The notes below the pieces were generated by a model. It made no database searches, was not told the origin of the DNA, and saw only the letters and a list, made by a program, of their open reading frames with translations. DNA of 63,661 bases, the filler included, from Octopus bimaculoides (taxonomy: Eukaryota): NCBI RefSeq assembly GCF_001194135.2. It is 8 parts of 8 records of this genome, joined end to end, with 100 filler letters (N's around TTAATTAATTAA, not from the genome) between each part and the next. Parts side by side here need not be neighbours in the genome. Positions count along the whole stretch, not along the records: positions 1 to 31,430 come from NC_068983.1; 7 more parts are not named here. One strand, 5' to 3'. Both the position numbers and the translations under genes were made by a program. Shown here one piece after another: positions 12,298 through 26,020 of this stretch (within the stretch, counting starts at the first letter, position 1; each line of letters begins with the position of its first letter).

Positions 12298-13731
12298 CAT
12301 AGTTCTCCATATACGTTTGTGTGGTTAGCTGCATATGCATGTGCAGTTGTTTGTATCTGCATGTTTAGTTACCTGTATGTGTATTTTTGGCTATCTGAAT
12401 TTGTGAATGTGTGTCTGCACTTTTGTGTGTGTGTGTATGTGTGTTTGATGATGGCAAGAATTGAGCAGTTCTGTTAATTTGGACATTATTAAGAATTCTT
12501 GAAATATTGATTAACACATAGTAATCAACTAGAATATATGATGAACACACATATACATACATGCACACACAACAGACAAGCACATGGCATACTAATACAA
12601 ACACATGCATACATATGCATGCAAACACACACACACATACATATAGGTTCATACACAACACTCTGTGTTTAACAAAAGGAAAATGAATATTAAAAATGAT
12701 AAAATGATCTATACATATCATCATCATCATCATTATAACATCCACATTTTCTATGCTAGCATGGATGACATGAAACTTACTGAGGCAGATTTTCTACAGC
12801 CAGGTGTTCTTTCTGTTACCAAAGATGGTAATATTTCCTTTGGTCCTTTGAACAATGAACAGCTCAATAGCTGGACATGTTTTTGTGGCAGATTGTAAAC
12901 AATGGCAGCATTTATATGAACAATGACCTTGCATTTTATGCAATGCACAAACAACAAGATAAACATTCAGATTCTTCCGTCAAACAATGCAAAGAGGCAA
13001 AGTGGCTGAGTTCGTTTCAAGCATTGGGCCTCACAGTGGCAGTGATCGAGAGTTTTGGCATTATGTCATGCTTAAGAAGAAGACCCATCAAGTCAAGCAA
13101 AATCACAGTTATGGCAGATACTGGTATCACACAAATTTGCCACAAGCACCCGTGCTGGTAGCACATAAAAGCACCCATTACACTCTCAGAGTGGTTGGCA
13201 TTAGTAAAAGCATCCAGCCGTAGAAAAACCATGCCAAATCAGACTGGAGTCTGGTGCAGCCTTCCAGCTTACCAGCCCTGGTCAAACCATCCAACCCATG
13301 CCAGCATGGACAATGGGCGTTAAATGATGATGATGATGATGATGATGATTCACATTAATTTGAATTGATCATGCATTATCTTATAGCTTCAAGAGTTCAG
13401 TGGTGTCGTCATTTATTTCTAGAATAACATTGTAGTGTAGGTGTGAGATGTCAGATCTGGCCAGTCTGAGTATAAAAAAGGTAGAATATTTGGGCCGGAT
13501 ATGGCCAGTTCAAATGCTATACAGTTAAGAAAAACAAGTTCCTTTACATTTTTCATACATTTTTTTTTTTGTCCACCAGGTACATTTCTATATTGAAAGC
13601 CATACACTTAGAAACTGATACACCCTTTGGTTCTTTGTTAATTTTCTTTAATTTTCTTTGTAATTTTTTCATCTACAAAAATTCTATTCTTCAAATTAAC
13701 TAACTCATTCTGTTCTTGTTCTGTTTTGTAG

Positions 13732-13804
13732 GCCATAAATTCATTAAAGAAATATCCTCTCCCTCTAAGAAGCGGTAATGAATGTCTCATTTTAGAAAAC
13801 TTTG
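13732..13804 (+). CDS. MUS81: MUS81 coding exon 2
   Basis: AINSLKKYPLPLRSGNECLILENFG, the conserved YPLPL..G HhH segment. ttgtag| acceptor, G|gtttgt donor, phase 0 to 1. Confidence 0.95.
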
Positions 13805-15353
13805 GTTTGTATTTTGCATTTTTTTATTCATTCTTTTATCTTAGAATAGAATCATAAATTCCCAGCAAACTGTGTTCACAATCAACTCTCTTTTTATCTC
13901 AAGTTCAAACCATGTTAATGTATTTTGCATCTTTGATAATAAATGCCAAAACGAATTTCTGTGTATCAGTGTGTCACACTTTGATCCCCCCTCTCTCTCA
14001 CTATTCAATGACACTTCTACTATATCTCATGTTAGATTGAGAGTAATAGTAGGCATAGAGACGGTTGTGATGGTAACAGGGTGATAGTAATGGTATGAGT
14101 TGTAGTTGTGATAGAGGCAAGAACGGCAGCGATGGTGGTGGTTTTGGTAGCTGAGGCGGTCAGGGATGACGATGATAGTAAGCAATGTGAAAGACACTGG
14201 TGATGGTGGTAGAGGGGAAGGTAGCAAAGTCAAAGGTATTGATGGTGGTGGCGTCAGAAGTTTGAATGGTGTGTGTATGACAGTTGTGGTGGCGATGGTG
14301 GTGGTACTTGTGATAGTGATGGTTGAAAACAATCAACAGAGAGAAAGAAAGAGGTTAGATAAAAAAAAGATTGTACTGACCCCTTGAATGGGAAGACAAC
14401 AAATGTTGTTTATCATGCTGCTTTGCAATAAGTTCCAAGTCGACAAATTATATCATTGTTTTGATGAAAATTGTTCATTGCTTGAAAAATATTGGTCAAG
14501 TTTAATAAAATTTAATATGTACTCAACGCATGAAGTGTCATTGTTGGGCCCAAGGCCCAATGAAGAGCCTGCCACAAGAGCAAGCTTAAAAGCCACTGTA
14601 TCGGACAGCTTTTAAGCTAGCTGTGAATAATTTTTAAGAAAAACTATGAACATCCTACTTTGCTTGCCTTGTACTACTCTTTTGTATAATGCCCTTTTTC
14701 CATGCTAGCATGGGCTGAACAAGGATTTGAAGCACCATTTTACAGCTGTGTGCCCTTCCTTTCACCAACCCTTACCTGTTTCTCAATTTTTTTTTTATTC
14801 TGCTACTTTTTGAAAGCATAGACAGACTGGTCCTAATATCAACAAGGAATGTAAACATCGTATCACCATTTTGCTGATAGAGTGACAAGAGAAAATTGGG
14901 GCATTTATGTACACACATACATGCATACACATGTCAAGTCACTGAGAACTACTGGTAACATGTAATCCAGAGCACCATTTTACATAGCCTGGTTAGAAGG
15001 ATTACTAGAGGCCCTGACATAACAGGACAAAGACAAAACCAAGCAAAAAGATGGATGAACCCAGCATTGAGTCACTGACTATCTAGCAAGAACACATGAG
15101 TACTACTTTGAAAAACTCCCACAAGAGTTCCACATAGGAAGTTGCATCTCATGCCTTATTCTAGCAAAGTAGGAGTAAACTAATTTTAAAATCTCAACTA
15201 TGGTCACATGTAGTTTATTATGATCCAATGGTACCAATCCTGTGCAGATGGTACAAACCTATCTTACTTCTTAACCTTTAGCATTTAAACCCTCCGTATC
15301 CAGCCCTGATATTCTTGATAGGTATAACCTGTTGATAAACAAATCTTTTGTAG

Positions 15354-15410
15354 GGAAGAAGGTTTGTGAGATGATTGATGAGAAGATTGCTCAACACTCA
15401 GCTGAGACAG
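15354..15410 (+). CDS. MUS81: MUS81 coding exon 3
   Basis: (G)KKVCEMIDEKIAQHSAET completes the HhH helix. ttgtag| acceptor, G|gtaaga donor, phase 1 to 1. Confidence 0.92.
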
Positions 15411-16438
15411 GTAAGACTTGTTTTGATAGTAAAATAACGAAACAACTCTCTCATATTTTCATTCTGATAGTCTGTCTAAAACTTCTTCCCTCTCTTTACT
15501 CTTTTACTTGTTTCAGTCATTTGACTGTGGCCATGTTGGAGCACCGCCTTTAGTCAAGCAAATTGACCCCGGGACTTATTCTTTGTAAGCCTAGTACTTA
15601 TTCTATCGGTCTCTTTTGCCAAACCGCTAAGTTACGGGGATGTAAACACACCAGCATCGGTTGTCAAGCGATGTTGGGGGACAAACAGAGACACACAAAC
15701 ATATACACACACACACATACACACATGTATATATATATATATNNNNNNNNNNNNNNNNNNNNNNNNNNNNNNNNNNNNNNNNNNNNNNNNNNNNNNNNNN
15801 NNNNNNNNNNNNNNNNNNNNNNNNNNNNNNNNNNNNNNNNNNNNNNNNNNNNNNNNNNNNNNNNNNNNNNNNNNNNNNNNNNNNNNNNNNNNNNNNNNNN
15901 NNNNNNNNNNNNNNNNNNNNNNNNNNNNNNNNNNNNNNNNNNNNNNNNNNNNNNNNNNNNNNNNNNNNNNNNNNNNNNNNNNNNNNNNNNNNNNNNNNNN
16001 NNNNNNNNNNNNNNNNNNNNNNNNNNNNNNNNNNNNNNNNNNNNNNNNNNNNNNNNNNNNNNNNNNNNNNNNNNNNNNNNNNNNNNNNNNNNNNNNNNNN
16101 NNNNNNNNNNNNNNNNNNNNNNNNNNNNNNNNNNNNNNNNNNNNNNNNNNNNNNNNNNNNNNNNNNNNNNNNNNNNNNNNNNNNNNNNNNNNNNNNNTTT
16201 TAATTTTACATCCATATTTCCATGTTTACTTTCATACATTGTTATATTGTGTTGCGGGAAGTTTTTACAGCTAGTTGTTCATTTTGTAATTGAAGACATT
16301 ACAGAACGTAAACAAATGATAGAGTAAGGAATTAAAGTTTTTGCTTTCAGATTAGCAAAGTTCATAACTTACTTTAAAACAACATTCAAACAAAACTGTT
16401 TTAATTCAGGCAATTTCAAGTGGTCTTGGACTCAGAGA

Positions 16439-16661
16439 TACGATGGTGTGCTGAAAAGTTCCTGGCTCTAAGGGTTTCACAAAAGGCTTGGTTGGAGGCC
16501 CAACCTTCCAAGTTCTTTTACATGGCTTAGGAAAAGTGAAGGACCACTGCAATAAATAAGTGTGAATCTAAGAGGGGAATATGTTAAATAAAATCCCAAT
16601 TAACTGATTCTCCTGTATTTTTCTTTACCCAAAGCCAGAAACTTTTCAGCACCCATTCATA
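16439..16661. mobile_element. Tc1/mariner-type MITE
   Basis: TIRs g(t)gtgctgaaaagttcctggct / agccagaaacttttcagcaccc, bounded by TA dinucleotides. Confidence 0.7.
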
Positions 16662-16859
16662 TTTGCACTGTCAGGCAGATTTGTATCATACAAGACTTAC
16701 AGTAACAGTAAACAGATATGAAATAATATCTCGTAAGTTTATAAAACACTAAATTAAATACAACACAAGTTATTCGCTAATGTAACCTCACCACATGAAG
16801 TGGTCATTAATATAACCACACCTATTGAGTTTCTTGCTTTCTAGTGTAACCTCGTTTCA

Positions 16860-17150
16860 TGACATGATAATGAATATAATCACATTTCAAGAATTAATTG
16901 ACAGTTTGATAATGTAGCGACATCATGAATTATTAATGATTGTAGCCACCCTTCAAGAATTGACAGTTCATTAATAACCACACCTTATGAGTTGATAATG
17001 AATATAGTCACATTTCAAGTATTGACAGTTCAATAATATAACCACTTCTCAGAGTTGATAATAAACATAGCCGTACCTCAAGAAGTAATTGGTAGTTCAT
17101 AAACATAGCCACATCTCATGTGTTGGTAGTGTGTTAGTTCACTATTGTAG
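16860..17150. repeat. Degenerate ~63-bp tandem repeat
   Basis: gagttgataat(g/a)aa(t/c)atag..ac.tcaag recurs at 16989 and 17052; further decayed units lie on either side. Confidence 0.55.
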
Positions 17151-19400
17151 CCACAGCATATAAGGTAAGGAAAATAAGTGTGGTAGTAATAATGATTTTA
17201 TATTTTGGCACAAAGCCAGCAATTTTAGGCAAAGATTAAGTCGATTACATGAATCCCAGTGCTTGACTGGACTTTATTTTATCGACCCTGAAAGGATGAC
17301 CAGCAGAGTTGACCTTGGTGGAATATGAACTCTGAACGTATAGAGCCAGAAGAAATATCAACAAGCATTTAGTCTAATGTACTAAAGATTCTGCCAGCTC
17401 GCTGCCTTACTGACTGAAGCCCCAGCAGTTTTAAGGGAGGGGGCTAAGTCAAGTAAACCGACCCCTACAGTACTCTACTGGTGCTTATTTGATTAACCCT
17501 GAATGGATAAAAGGCAAAGTTGACCTTGGCAGAATTTGAACTCAGAACATAAAGAGCCAAAAGAAAAGCTGTTAGGCACTTTGTCCAATGTGCTAACAAC
17601 TCTGCTAGCTCAGTTCCTTAATGATTTCAAATGTTGGCTCAAGGCCAGAAATTTTAAGAGAAAGGGTGGATCACGTACATTGACCCTCCCACTTCCTTCC
17701 CCAGTGCTCAATAAGTACTAGTCTTGTCAACACTGAAAGAATGAAAAGTAAAGTTGACCTTGGCAGAATTTGAACTCAGAGGCTGCGAGCTGGCAGAATT
17801 GTCAGCACGCCGGGCGAAATGCTTAGTGGTATTTCGTCTGCCGTTAACGTTCTGGGTTCAAATTCTGCCGAGGTTGACTTTGCCTTTCATCCTTTTGCAC
17901 TGGGGTCGATGTAATCGACTTAATCCCTTTGTCTGTCCCTTGTTTGTTCCCTCTATGTTTAGCCCCTTGTGAGCAATAAAGAAATAAGAATTTGAACTCA
18001 GAACATAAAGTGTCAAAAGAAATGCTGCTAAATATCTTTTTCTGACTCGCTAATTATTCTACCATTTGCTGTCTTCAGCAATGTTGATGATGATGATGAT
18101 AGTGGTAAGATTGATAATGACAATGATGATGGTGGTGGTGATGCTGCTGTTGGTGGTGAAGATGATGCTAGTGCTGGTGTCAGTGATGTTACAGTTGTCA
18201 ATGTGTAATATTACATGGTCATAAGAACTCTATTAACAAGAATGTTTACACTAGTGTAAATTCTGTTATCTGAGTAACTGAAGTGGAACTGATACAGAAT
18301 TCAGTGATCAATGCAGTGATTGGGTGTTTGTAATTAATTAGTTGTTGGTTGGCAAACAGTATGATGATTAAACAGAGACATAAAGTCATCATCGTTATCA
18401 TCATTGTTTTTACATCCGCTTTTTCCATGCTTAGATGGGGCAGGCAGAATTTTGATAAGGCAGATTTTCTACGACCAGATGCTCTACCTATCACCAACCC
18501 TCTCCTGTTTACAACTAAGGTAACATTTCTCCTTAACGTGATAAGGAATTAGAAACAAAAGACACTTCTTGCGTGACGGTGACATTCATAATTATCACAC
18601 AATGTCAAGGCAGAGAGACAGCAACACACACACACCATGCAGTAGGATTGAACCCTGGGCCATGTGACTGGGAAACAAACGTCTTGCCACACAGTCACAC
18701 CTGTACCTATACCACACCTGTGCCTATAAAATGATCACACACATACACACACATTCAAACACATACCTGCACACAAATGGAGGCTTGAGGACTGGTGGCC
18801 AGTGCTGGTTTCATGATCATACACACACACATATGACAGGCTTCTTTCAGTTTCTGTTTACCTAATCTGCTTACAAGGCTTCGGTCATCTCAGGCCTATC
18901 ACAGAAAACACTTGCCCAAGATACCATGCAGTGGGATTGAACCCTGAGTCATGTGACTGGGAAACAAACTTCTTAGCATGCAGCCACACCTGTACCTATA
19001 CCATAGTTCATCATCATCATCATCATCATCATCGTTTAACGTCCGCTTTCCATGCTAGCATGGGTTGGACGATTTGACTGAGGACTGGTGAAACCAGATG
19101 GCTACACCAGGCTCCAATCTAATTTGGCAGAGTTTCTACAGCTGGATGCCCTTCCTAACGCCAACCACTCAGAGAGTGTAGTGGGTGCTTTTACGTGTGA
19201 CCCGCATGAAAACGGCCACGCTCGAAATGGTGTCTTTTATGTGCCGTGCCTATTAATGTAGGTTTACTTATTTCCAACATATTAACTGGCACTATATCGG
19301 TTTGAGGGTTCCAGTAGTCTTTCTTTTCATTAGATTTACGTATTTATTTATCTATTTATTCTTATTCATTAAATTTCTCTGTGTTGTTTTGATTCCCTAG

Positions 19401-19648
19401 GAATGGAAATATCCGAAATGTTTGATGCTGAAAGTGGGACGTCGAGACCGGAAAATGTAACTAAAACGACCCAGAATCCCAGTACTGATGAGAAACTTGA
19501 ACTGTGTTCTAGGCTGGCAGTTCACACTATTAGCAGCTCAGATGAAAATGACACAGAAGAAGATGAAGGAGGAGAAGAAGGAGGGGGTGGAGGAAAAGAC
19601 GCTCCTCCATCTGTTGTCCCCCAAATTGATAGTTTAACATCCATAAAA
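19401..19648 (+). CDS. MUS81: MUS81 coding exon 4 (acidic low-complexity linker)
   Basis: ccctag| acceptor, phase 1 in. Open frame MEISEMFDAESG...SDENDTEEDEGGEEGGGG...LTSIK. AA|gtttgt donor, phase 0, matches exon 5. The 3' boundary is less certain than the others. Confidence 0.75.
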
Positions 19649-19732
19649 GTTTGTGCTTCATTTCTATTCATTCATTCATTTATTCATTCATTCATTCATT
19701 CATTTTATTAGCTGTTGTTGTTGTTGTTATTA

Positions 19733-19734
<2 letters not shown>

Positions 19735-19802
<68 letters not shown>

Positions 19803-19820
19803 TATTATTATTATTATTAT
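19735..19820. repeat. (ATT)n microsatellite, preceded by (TCAT)n at 19668-19700
   Basis: Direct reading. Further (ATT)n tracts are at 19979-20028, 20246-20310 and 62260-62312. Confidence 0.95.
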
Positions 19821-21374
19821 TTTATGTTTGACTTTTGTTTTGCATTTGTACAAGTTGGATCCAAGTCTCACCCAGAGACCTCAAGAGACAACAAGTTAGA
19901 AGTTCATGTAGGTGTTATGCCTAGGGTACCATATATTTGGATTTGTACAGTTTTGTTCAAGTGAATGTTTAAGAAACCATATTATTATTATTATTATTAT
20001 TATTATTATCATTATTATTATTATTATTAAAGACAGCAAGCTGGCAGAATTGTTAACATGCTGGATGATGAAATGCTTAGTGGTATTTTGCCTGTTGCTA
20101 CGTTCTGAGTTCAAATTCTGCTGAGCTCAACTTTGCCTTTCAGCCTTTCGGGGTCAATAAATTAAGTACCAGTGAATCACTGGGTCAATGTAATTGACTT
20201 ACCCGCTCCCAAAAATTTCAGGCCTTGTACCTTTAGTAGAAAGGATTATTATTATTATTATTATTATCATTATTATTATTATTATTATTATTATCATTAT
20301 TATTATTATTAACCACGCCAGTGCCGCTGGACTGGCTCCTGTGCAGGTGGCACGTAAAATACACCATTTTGAGCATGCCTAACTGGCCTTCGTGCCGGTG
20401 GCACGTAAAAGCACCCACTACACTCTCGGAGTGGTTGGCGTTAAGAAGGGCATCCAGCTGTAGAAACTCTGCCAAATCAGATTGGAGCCTGGTGTAGCCA
20501 TCTGGTTCACCAGTCCTCAGTCAAATCATCCAACCCATGGAAAGCGGACGTTAAACAATGATGATGATGATGATTATGGATGACAGACTGGCAGAATCAT
20601 TAATGCTGCAGACCAAATGTCATTGGGTAGGATACAATAAATTCCTGTTAGATTTTTCTGAATATTCTAGGTATACGATGTACATTATTTTCCACCAATC
20701 AAATTATCAGATTCCAGGGAATGCAAGCGTAAATCTGTAATATTCTTTTCTACTGTAGACACAAGGCCCAAAATTTTGTAGGAGGGGCCAGTCGATTAAA
20801 TCGACCCCAGTACACAACTGGTACTTAATTTATTGACCCCGAAAGGATGAAAAACAAAGTCAACCTCAGCAGAATTTGAACTCAGAATGTAACGACAAAT
20901 GAAATATCGCTAAGCATTTTCCCAGCATGCTAACGTTTCTGCTAGTTCGCCACCTTAACTTATAGGTAATATTACAGTAATACTACTAACAGCAATACCA
21001 ATAATAGAGTGAAGGGGACCTTCAGGGCACCCATAGTATTAATAAAAAAGAAACAACAATAAACAAAACATAATCTTATTTGAGTGACAGAGGTAGTTAA
21101 ATTTTTAAAAAAAGCCAAAATAGAAACAAGAAACTGAAGATGACTTTTACCAAACTGCTTTTTTTTGTGTGTTGGAACAGTGTTGTGTTGTGTTGGATTG
21201 TGATTTGTTACAGATGTATTGTGTGAGATGTATATTGTGTTGTGGGTTATGTGTTATGTTGTGTGTTGGAAGTTGTATAGTAATGTCATTGTATGGATAT
21301 ATATTGTATGGTTGTTTTTTTTGTTTGGTAAGTTACATGTTGCATTGTGGGTTCTATGTTGTATAACGGATTGT

Positions 21375-21870
21375 ATGTTGTGTTGTGAGTTGTATAATGT
21401 GTTGTGAGTTGTGTAATGTGTTTTGAGTGGTATATTGTGTTGTGAGTTGTATCCTGTGTGAGTCATGGATTGTGTTGTGTTGTGAGTTGTATACCATACT
21501 GTGAGTGGTGTATTATGTTGTGGGTTGTATCCTGTGTTGTGAGTTGTATACTGTGCTATGAGTTGTATATTACATTGTGAATGGTATGTTCTGTTGTGAG
21601 TGATATGTTATATTGTGAGTTGTATGCTGTGTTGTGAGTTGTATGTTGTGTTGAGAATGGTGTGTTCTGTTGTGAGTTGTATACTGTGCTGTGAGTTGTA
21701 TGTTGTATTGTGAGGTGAATATTGTGTTGTGAGTTGTATAGAATGTTGTAGATTATATGTTATGTTGTGAGTTGTAAATTGAATAATAGTGATATAGGTC
21801 TTTGTTGTATAATGAGTTGTATTTTGAGTTGTTTTGTTGTGAGCTGTATGTTGTTATGAATTGCATGTTG
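21375..21870. repeat. 19-bp minisatellite (ATGTTGTGTTGTGAGTTGT)
   Basis: More than 20 degenerate 19-nt units read directly. Confidence 0.85.
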
Positions 21871-21957
21871 TGACTTAAATGAGATCTAACACACATTACA
21901 TCACAAGCTAAACTTTACATGTCATATTGTTTCATATGATAATGGTTTTCATTGCAG

Positions 21958-22047
21958 TCTATCAGTGGCTCTAAAACAAAGGCATATGTTCCCAAATATC
22001 GTTCTGGTGCTTATGCAGTCTTACTAACTCTGTTCAGAAGTCAGAAG
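21958..22047 (+). CDS. MUS81: MUS81 coding exon 5 (winged-helix start)
   Basis: SISGSKTKAYVPKYRSGAYAVLLTLFRSQK, the conserved Y.P..RSG.YA.L..L motif. ttgcag| and AAG|gtaagc, phase 0. Confidence 0.95.
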
Positions 22048-23159
22048 GTAAGCATTACTTCTTTTATTTCTTTTAATGCTTTCAGTCATTGGACTGTAGC
22101 CATGCTGGTGTTATGCCCTTATAGGAAAGTGGGTTATACATCATTAGATGTACACCTGACTTTCCTATATTAAATTAGGAATTTGAACGGAACGCTGAAC
22201 TCCAGACTATCAACTCAACAATATTTATTTATGGTGGAAAATATACATCTTTAATCTTGTTTGTTGAGGCACCTTCTGTGTGTGAGGCATGGTTGTTGGG
22301 ACGTTGGTATATTGATGTGAGCTGTCTAGCGTGAGTTCGAAAGATGGAGAGACAGCTAGACACGTCCTTGCTCAATCGCTGGCCAGCAAGAAAGAGATCG
22401 ATCAAAGCGGGAAAGCTTGGTTGTTGAATTCCATGCATGCGTGAGACTACGCATGCGCATGGCGTTACTACACCCTCAATGATTTTTGTCAAATATCTTT
22501 TATCTTTCACCTGTTTCTGTAATTGAACTGTGGCCATGCTGGGGCACCACCTTGAGGGATTTAGTCAAGCAAATCCACTCTATTGCTTTTTTTTTGTGTG
22601 TGGTACTTATTCTAATGATTTCTTCTGCTAAATTCTTTTACCAAACCAATACTGGTTATCAAGTAGTTGTGAGAGGACAAACACAAAGACACACACCCAT
22701 ATACATAGATCCATCTACCACAGCAGAATTGATACTGGTGCTGGTGTCACATAAAAAGCAATCATATCGGTGCCACATTAAAAGCACTGGTGCTGGTGCC
22801 AAAGAAAAAGCACCCAGAGACCATGCCAGAAACCATGCCAGAACAGACAAGGAACCAGGTGAGGGCCCTGGCCTTACCAGCTTTACTCAAACCATCCAAC
22901 CCATGCCGCCATGGAAAACAGACATTAAATGATGATAATGATGATGATGACGTACTACAAGCTTCCATTCTGTTTCTGAGTGCTAAATTCACTTGAAATG
23001 CATTGGTCAGCCCAGAACTATAGTAAAAGACATTTATCCAAGGTGTCATACAGTGAGACTGAACCCAAAACATGTGGTTACAAAGCAAGCTTCTTAACCA
23101 CGTAGCCATGCCTGCACCTATACATTGAATCTAAGTGCCTTTGCCTTGTTATTTTAGAT

Positions 23160-23471
23160 CAGTGGTCCACAAAGTGGGCAGTATTGATCCCCTGGGGGTG
23201 GTAGAAAGTTCCAAGGGGGCTTTGAAGAAAAGTGGGGCAATAACAGGGTAACGATTCATGTAAAAATGGAGGCAATTATGGGGTGGTGAATCATGTAAAA
23301 ACAATTTTTAAAATGGGTTCATTAGGTTATGTTTTATTTGTGAAATACTGTTGCTTTGAATTTGCTTCAGAAAGAGGTTTGTGTTTGTGATGATTAGTTG
23401 GGGTGGGGGCGCTAGGAATGTGGCCCGGGTGTCTAGGGGGTGGCAGCCCCAAAAAAGTTTGGGAACCATTG
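23160..23471. mobile_element. hAT (Charlie/Buster-like) MITE with perfect 8-bp TSD
   Basis: TIRs cagtggtccacaaa / tttgggaaccattg. TSD TTTTAGAT at 23152-23159 and 23472-23479. Confidence 0.85.
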
Positions 23472-24400
23472 TTTTAGATGGATCAAACCTCAAACCAGTC
23501 AATGGCTGTGAAGCACATTACTTAACCATACAGCTGTGCCTGGAACCATTAGCCAAATTCTTTCTCCAAGTACAAACAAACATTATCTCTGATATGTGTA
23601 ATCACTAACACCTCAATAACAACATAGTAGAGTTAGAGAAAAGCATATGGGATCAGATCAGACATTTTATATTATATGTCTGCTTACTTATATGTCTTCT
23701 CACACACCATTATTGTTTGTGTCACCACCACTACAAACGTCCTCCATCATCATCATCATCATCATCATCAAAGCTCAACTGATGCTTATTTCATCGACCC
23801 TGGAAGGACAAAAGTAAAGTCAGCCCTGGCAGAATTTGAACCCAGAAAGAGAAGATAGACAAAATGTTGCTAAGCACTATGCCCTGCATGTTAACAATTC
23901 TTATTTCTTTATTACCCACAAGGGGCTAAACATAGAGGGGACAAACACATTAAGTCGATTATATCGACCCAGTGCATAACTGGTACTTAATTTATCGACC
24001 CTGAAAGGATGAAAGGGAAAGTTGACCTCAGCAGAATTTGAACTCAGAACGTAACAGCAGACGAAATACCGCTAAGCATTTCACCCTGCATGCTTACGTT
24101 TCTGCCAGTTCGCCGCCCTTTAACGATTTTAACAATTCTGTTAACAATTCTGCATGTTAACACTTCTACTAGTTCAACACCTTAAAAGTAATAAAAATTG
24201 TAGTAGTAGTAGTGGTGGTGGCGGTGGCGGTGGTGGCTGCGGCATCATTGTTGTTGTTTCAAGTTCCGGCATAAGGCCTGCAATTTTGGGGTTGGAGTTA
24301 AGCCTCAGCTGGTACATATATTATCAACCTTGAAAGAGTGAAAGGCAAAGTTTTAATAATAACGATAATAATATATATTTCTTGATGCCTTTTCTTCCAG

Positions 24401-24466
24401 GAATGCATGACCAAAGAAGAACTGATTCGTGAAGCCCAGCCACTAAGTGAGACATCATTTAAGTCA
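24401..24466 (+). CDS. MUS81: MUS81 coding exon 6 (winged helix)
   Basis: ECMTKEELIREAQPLSETSFKS. ttccag| and TCA|gtaagt, phase 0. Confidence 0.95.
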
Positions 24467-25624
24467 GTAAGTAATTTCTTAAGTTATTTATTGAATTAGG
24501 GAGATAATAAAGAGAAGGGAAAATGATTAAACCATTCATGACCATATTTCTAATGAAATACACTGTCTCCATCATCATTTTACTTCTGCTTTGTCTGCCG
24601 GCTTCAGTTAGATAGATGATTGAGATTCATGTCAATACTTATCCAGCCTTCGAAATTTTCATATTAAATAAATGTGAAAGCACATGGTGTAATAGTTAGG
24701 GTGTTGGACTCATGGTCGTAAGATTGTGGTTTCAATTCTTGGACCTGGCGATGCATTGTGTTCACATTGCTCAGCTGGTAAAAATGAGTAATCCTGCAAT
24801 GAACTAGCGTCCCATCCAGGGAGGGATATATGTACCAGAGAAACCAGGAAACCAGCTCTATGCTCCTTATGAAGTAATGTGGACCAACCATATTAACTAA
24901 GCAAGAATTTGAAGGGATTTAGTATAACTAACTGTCCTTCACTTTTACCATTGTCCACTTCTATTACTGTCCTTTGCTTCCACCTCACTTCAATCACTCT
25001 GTTTTTACCATCATATTCTTGTTCTCTTCACCCACCCACTCTAGTCCTTTTGTCTGTCTCTTCTATTCATTTTCTCAGTCACATTGCCTTGAGCAAACTA
25101 ACACATCATAGTGTAGTGAAGACTCTTCAGTCTTACAGGGTACAAGGCAACCTCACTAGTGCTGATGCCACAGCAAAATATACCCAGTGCATTGTGTAAA
25201 GCGGTTAGTAATAGGAATGATATCCAGATGTAGAAACCAAGCCAAAAAGGAGATAGTATGAACATGTCATGGCACTCCATCGCATGGCAGGAAGAGAATA
25301 CTAACTCCAAATAAGAACTGGCGCTGATTGTGATGACCCATCTAACTCATGCCGGTATAGAAAGCAGACATAAAATGTTGTTTTTGTTGAGGATGATGAT
25401 GATGGATTTTTGTTTTGTATTTGGTTTTTGTATCAACCACATCTTTAGCAATGAACTACACAAACAACCAAAAAATAACTATATTGTTATATAATGAAAG
25501 TCTTTTTTCTTTCTGACGCTGTGTCACATTGTATTGACAGACTTACACTTAACATTCCTGTGGTTTTAATGAAAACCTGGAAGTTACTATGGTCACAACA
25601 CTACCTACCTGTCTATCTTTCACA

Positions 25625-25690
<66 letters not shown>
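25625..25690. repeat. (CT)n microsatellite
   Basis: Direct reading. Confidence 0.95.
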
Positions 25691-25698
<8 letters not shown>

Positions 25699-25934
25699 CT
25701 GTCTCAACAACAACTTTTTCTCCTCCTCTTCTAAGCATACGTTGTGATGTATATTTTGATTCCTCCCATTCTTCCCTCTAATAGATGTTGTGACGGACAG
25801 ATAGATGTAGATCTGCTTCTCTTTTATAATATAAGATTACATTGCACATACAAACAAACAACAGTATCATGGCTCCTCTATAGTTCTTAAACTTGTTTGC
25901 AGTTCTTCAGTAGACTTTATCTTTTATCTTGCAG

Positions 25935-26020
25935 GTGGGAGATTCTTACTACACTGCTTGGTCCTCAGTCAGAAATCTAATAAAGAAAGAACTTGTTGTA
26001 AAACAAAACAGCCCTGCAAG
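25935..26020 (+). CDS. MUS81: MUS81 coding exon 7 (winged helix)
   Basis: VGDSYYTAWSSVRNLIKKELVVKQNSPA(R), with the conserved YTAWSS...L..K.LV....PAR motif. ttgcag| and AG|gtaagc, phase 0 to 2. Confidence 0.96.

Noticed and set aside
19496-19507. CTGATGAGAAAC resembling a hammerhead core
   Set aside because: No stem II between the motifs, and it lies in MUS81 coding sequence (TDEKL).
19853-19895. Possible extra MUS81 exon (LDPSLTQRPQETT)
   Set aside because: Weak AAG acceptor, and the available donor gives a phase incompatible with exon 5; exon 4 already joins exon 5 in phase.
21375-21870. Regular repeats as a possible CRISPR array
   Set aside because: The units are contiguous and degenerate with no unique spacers, in a eukaryotic context.
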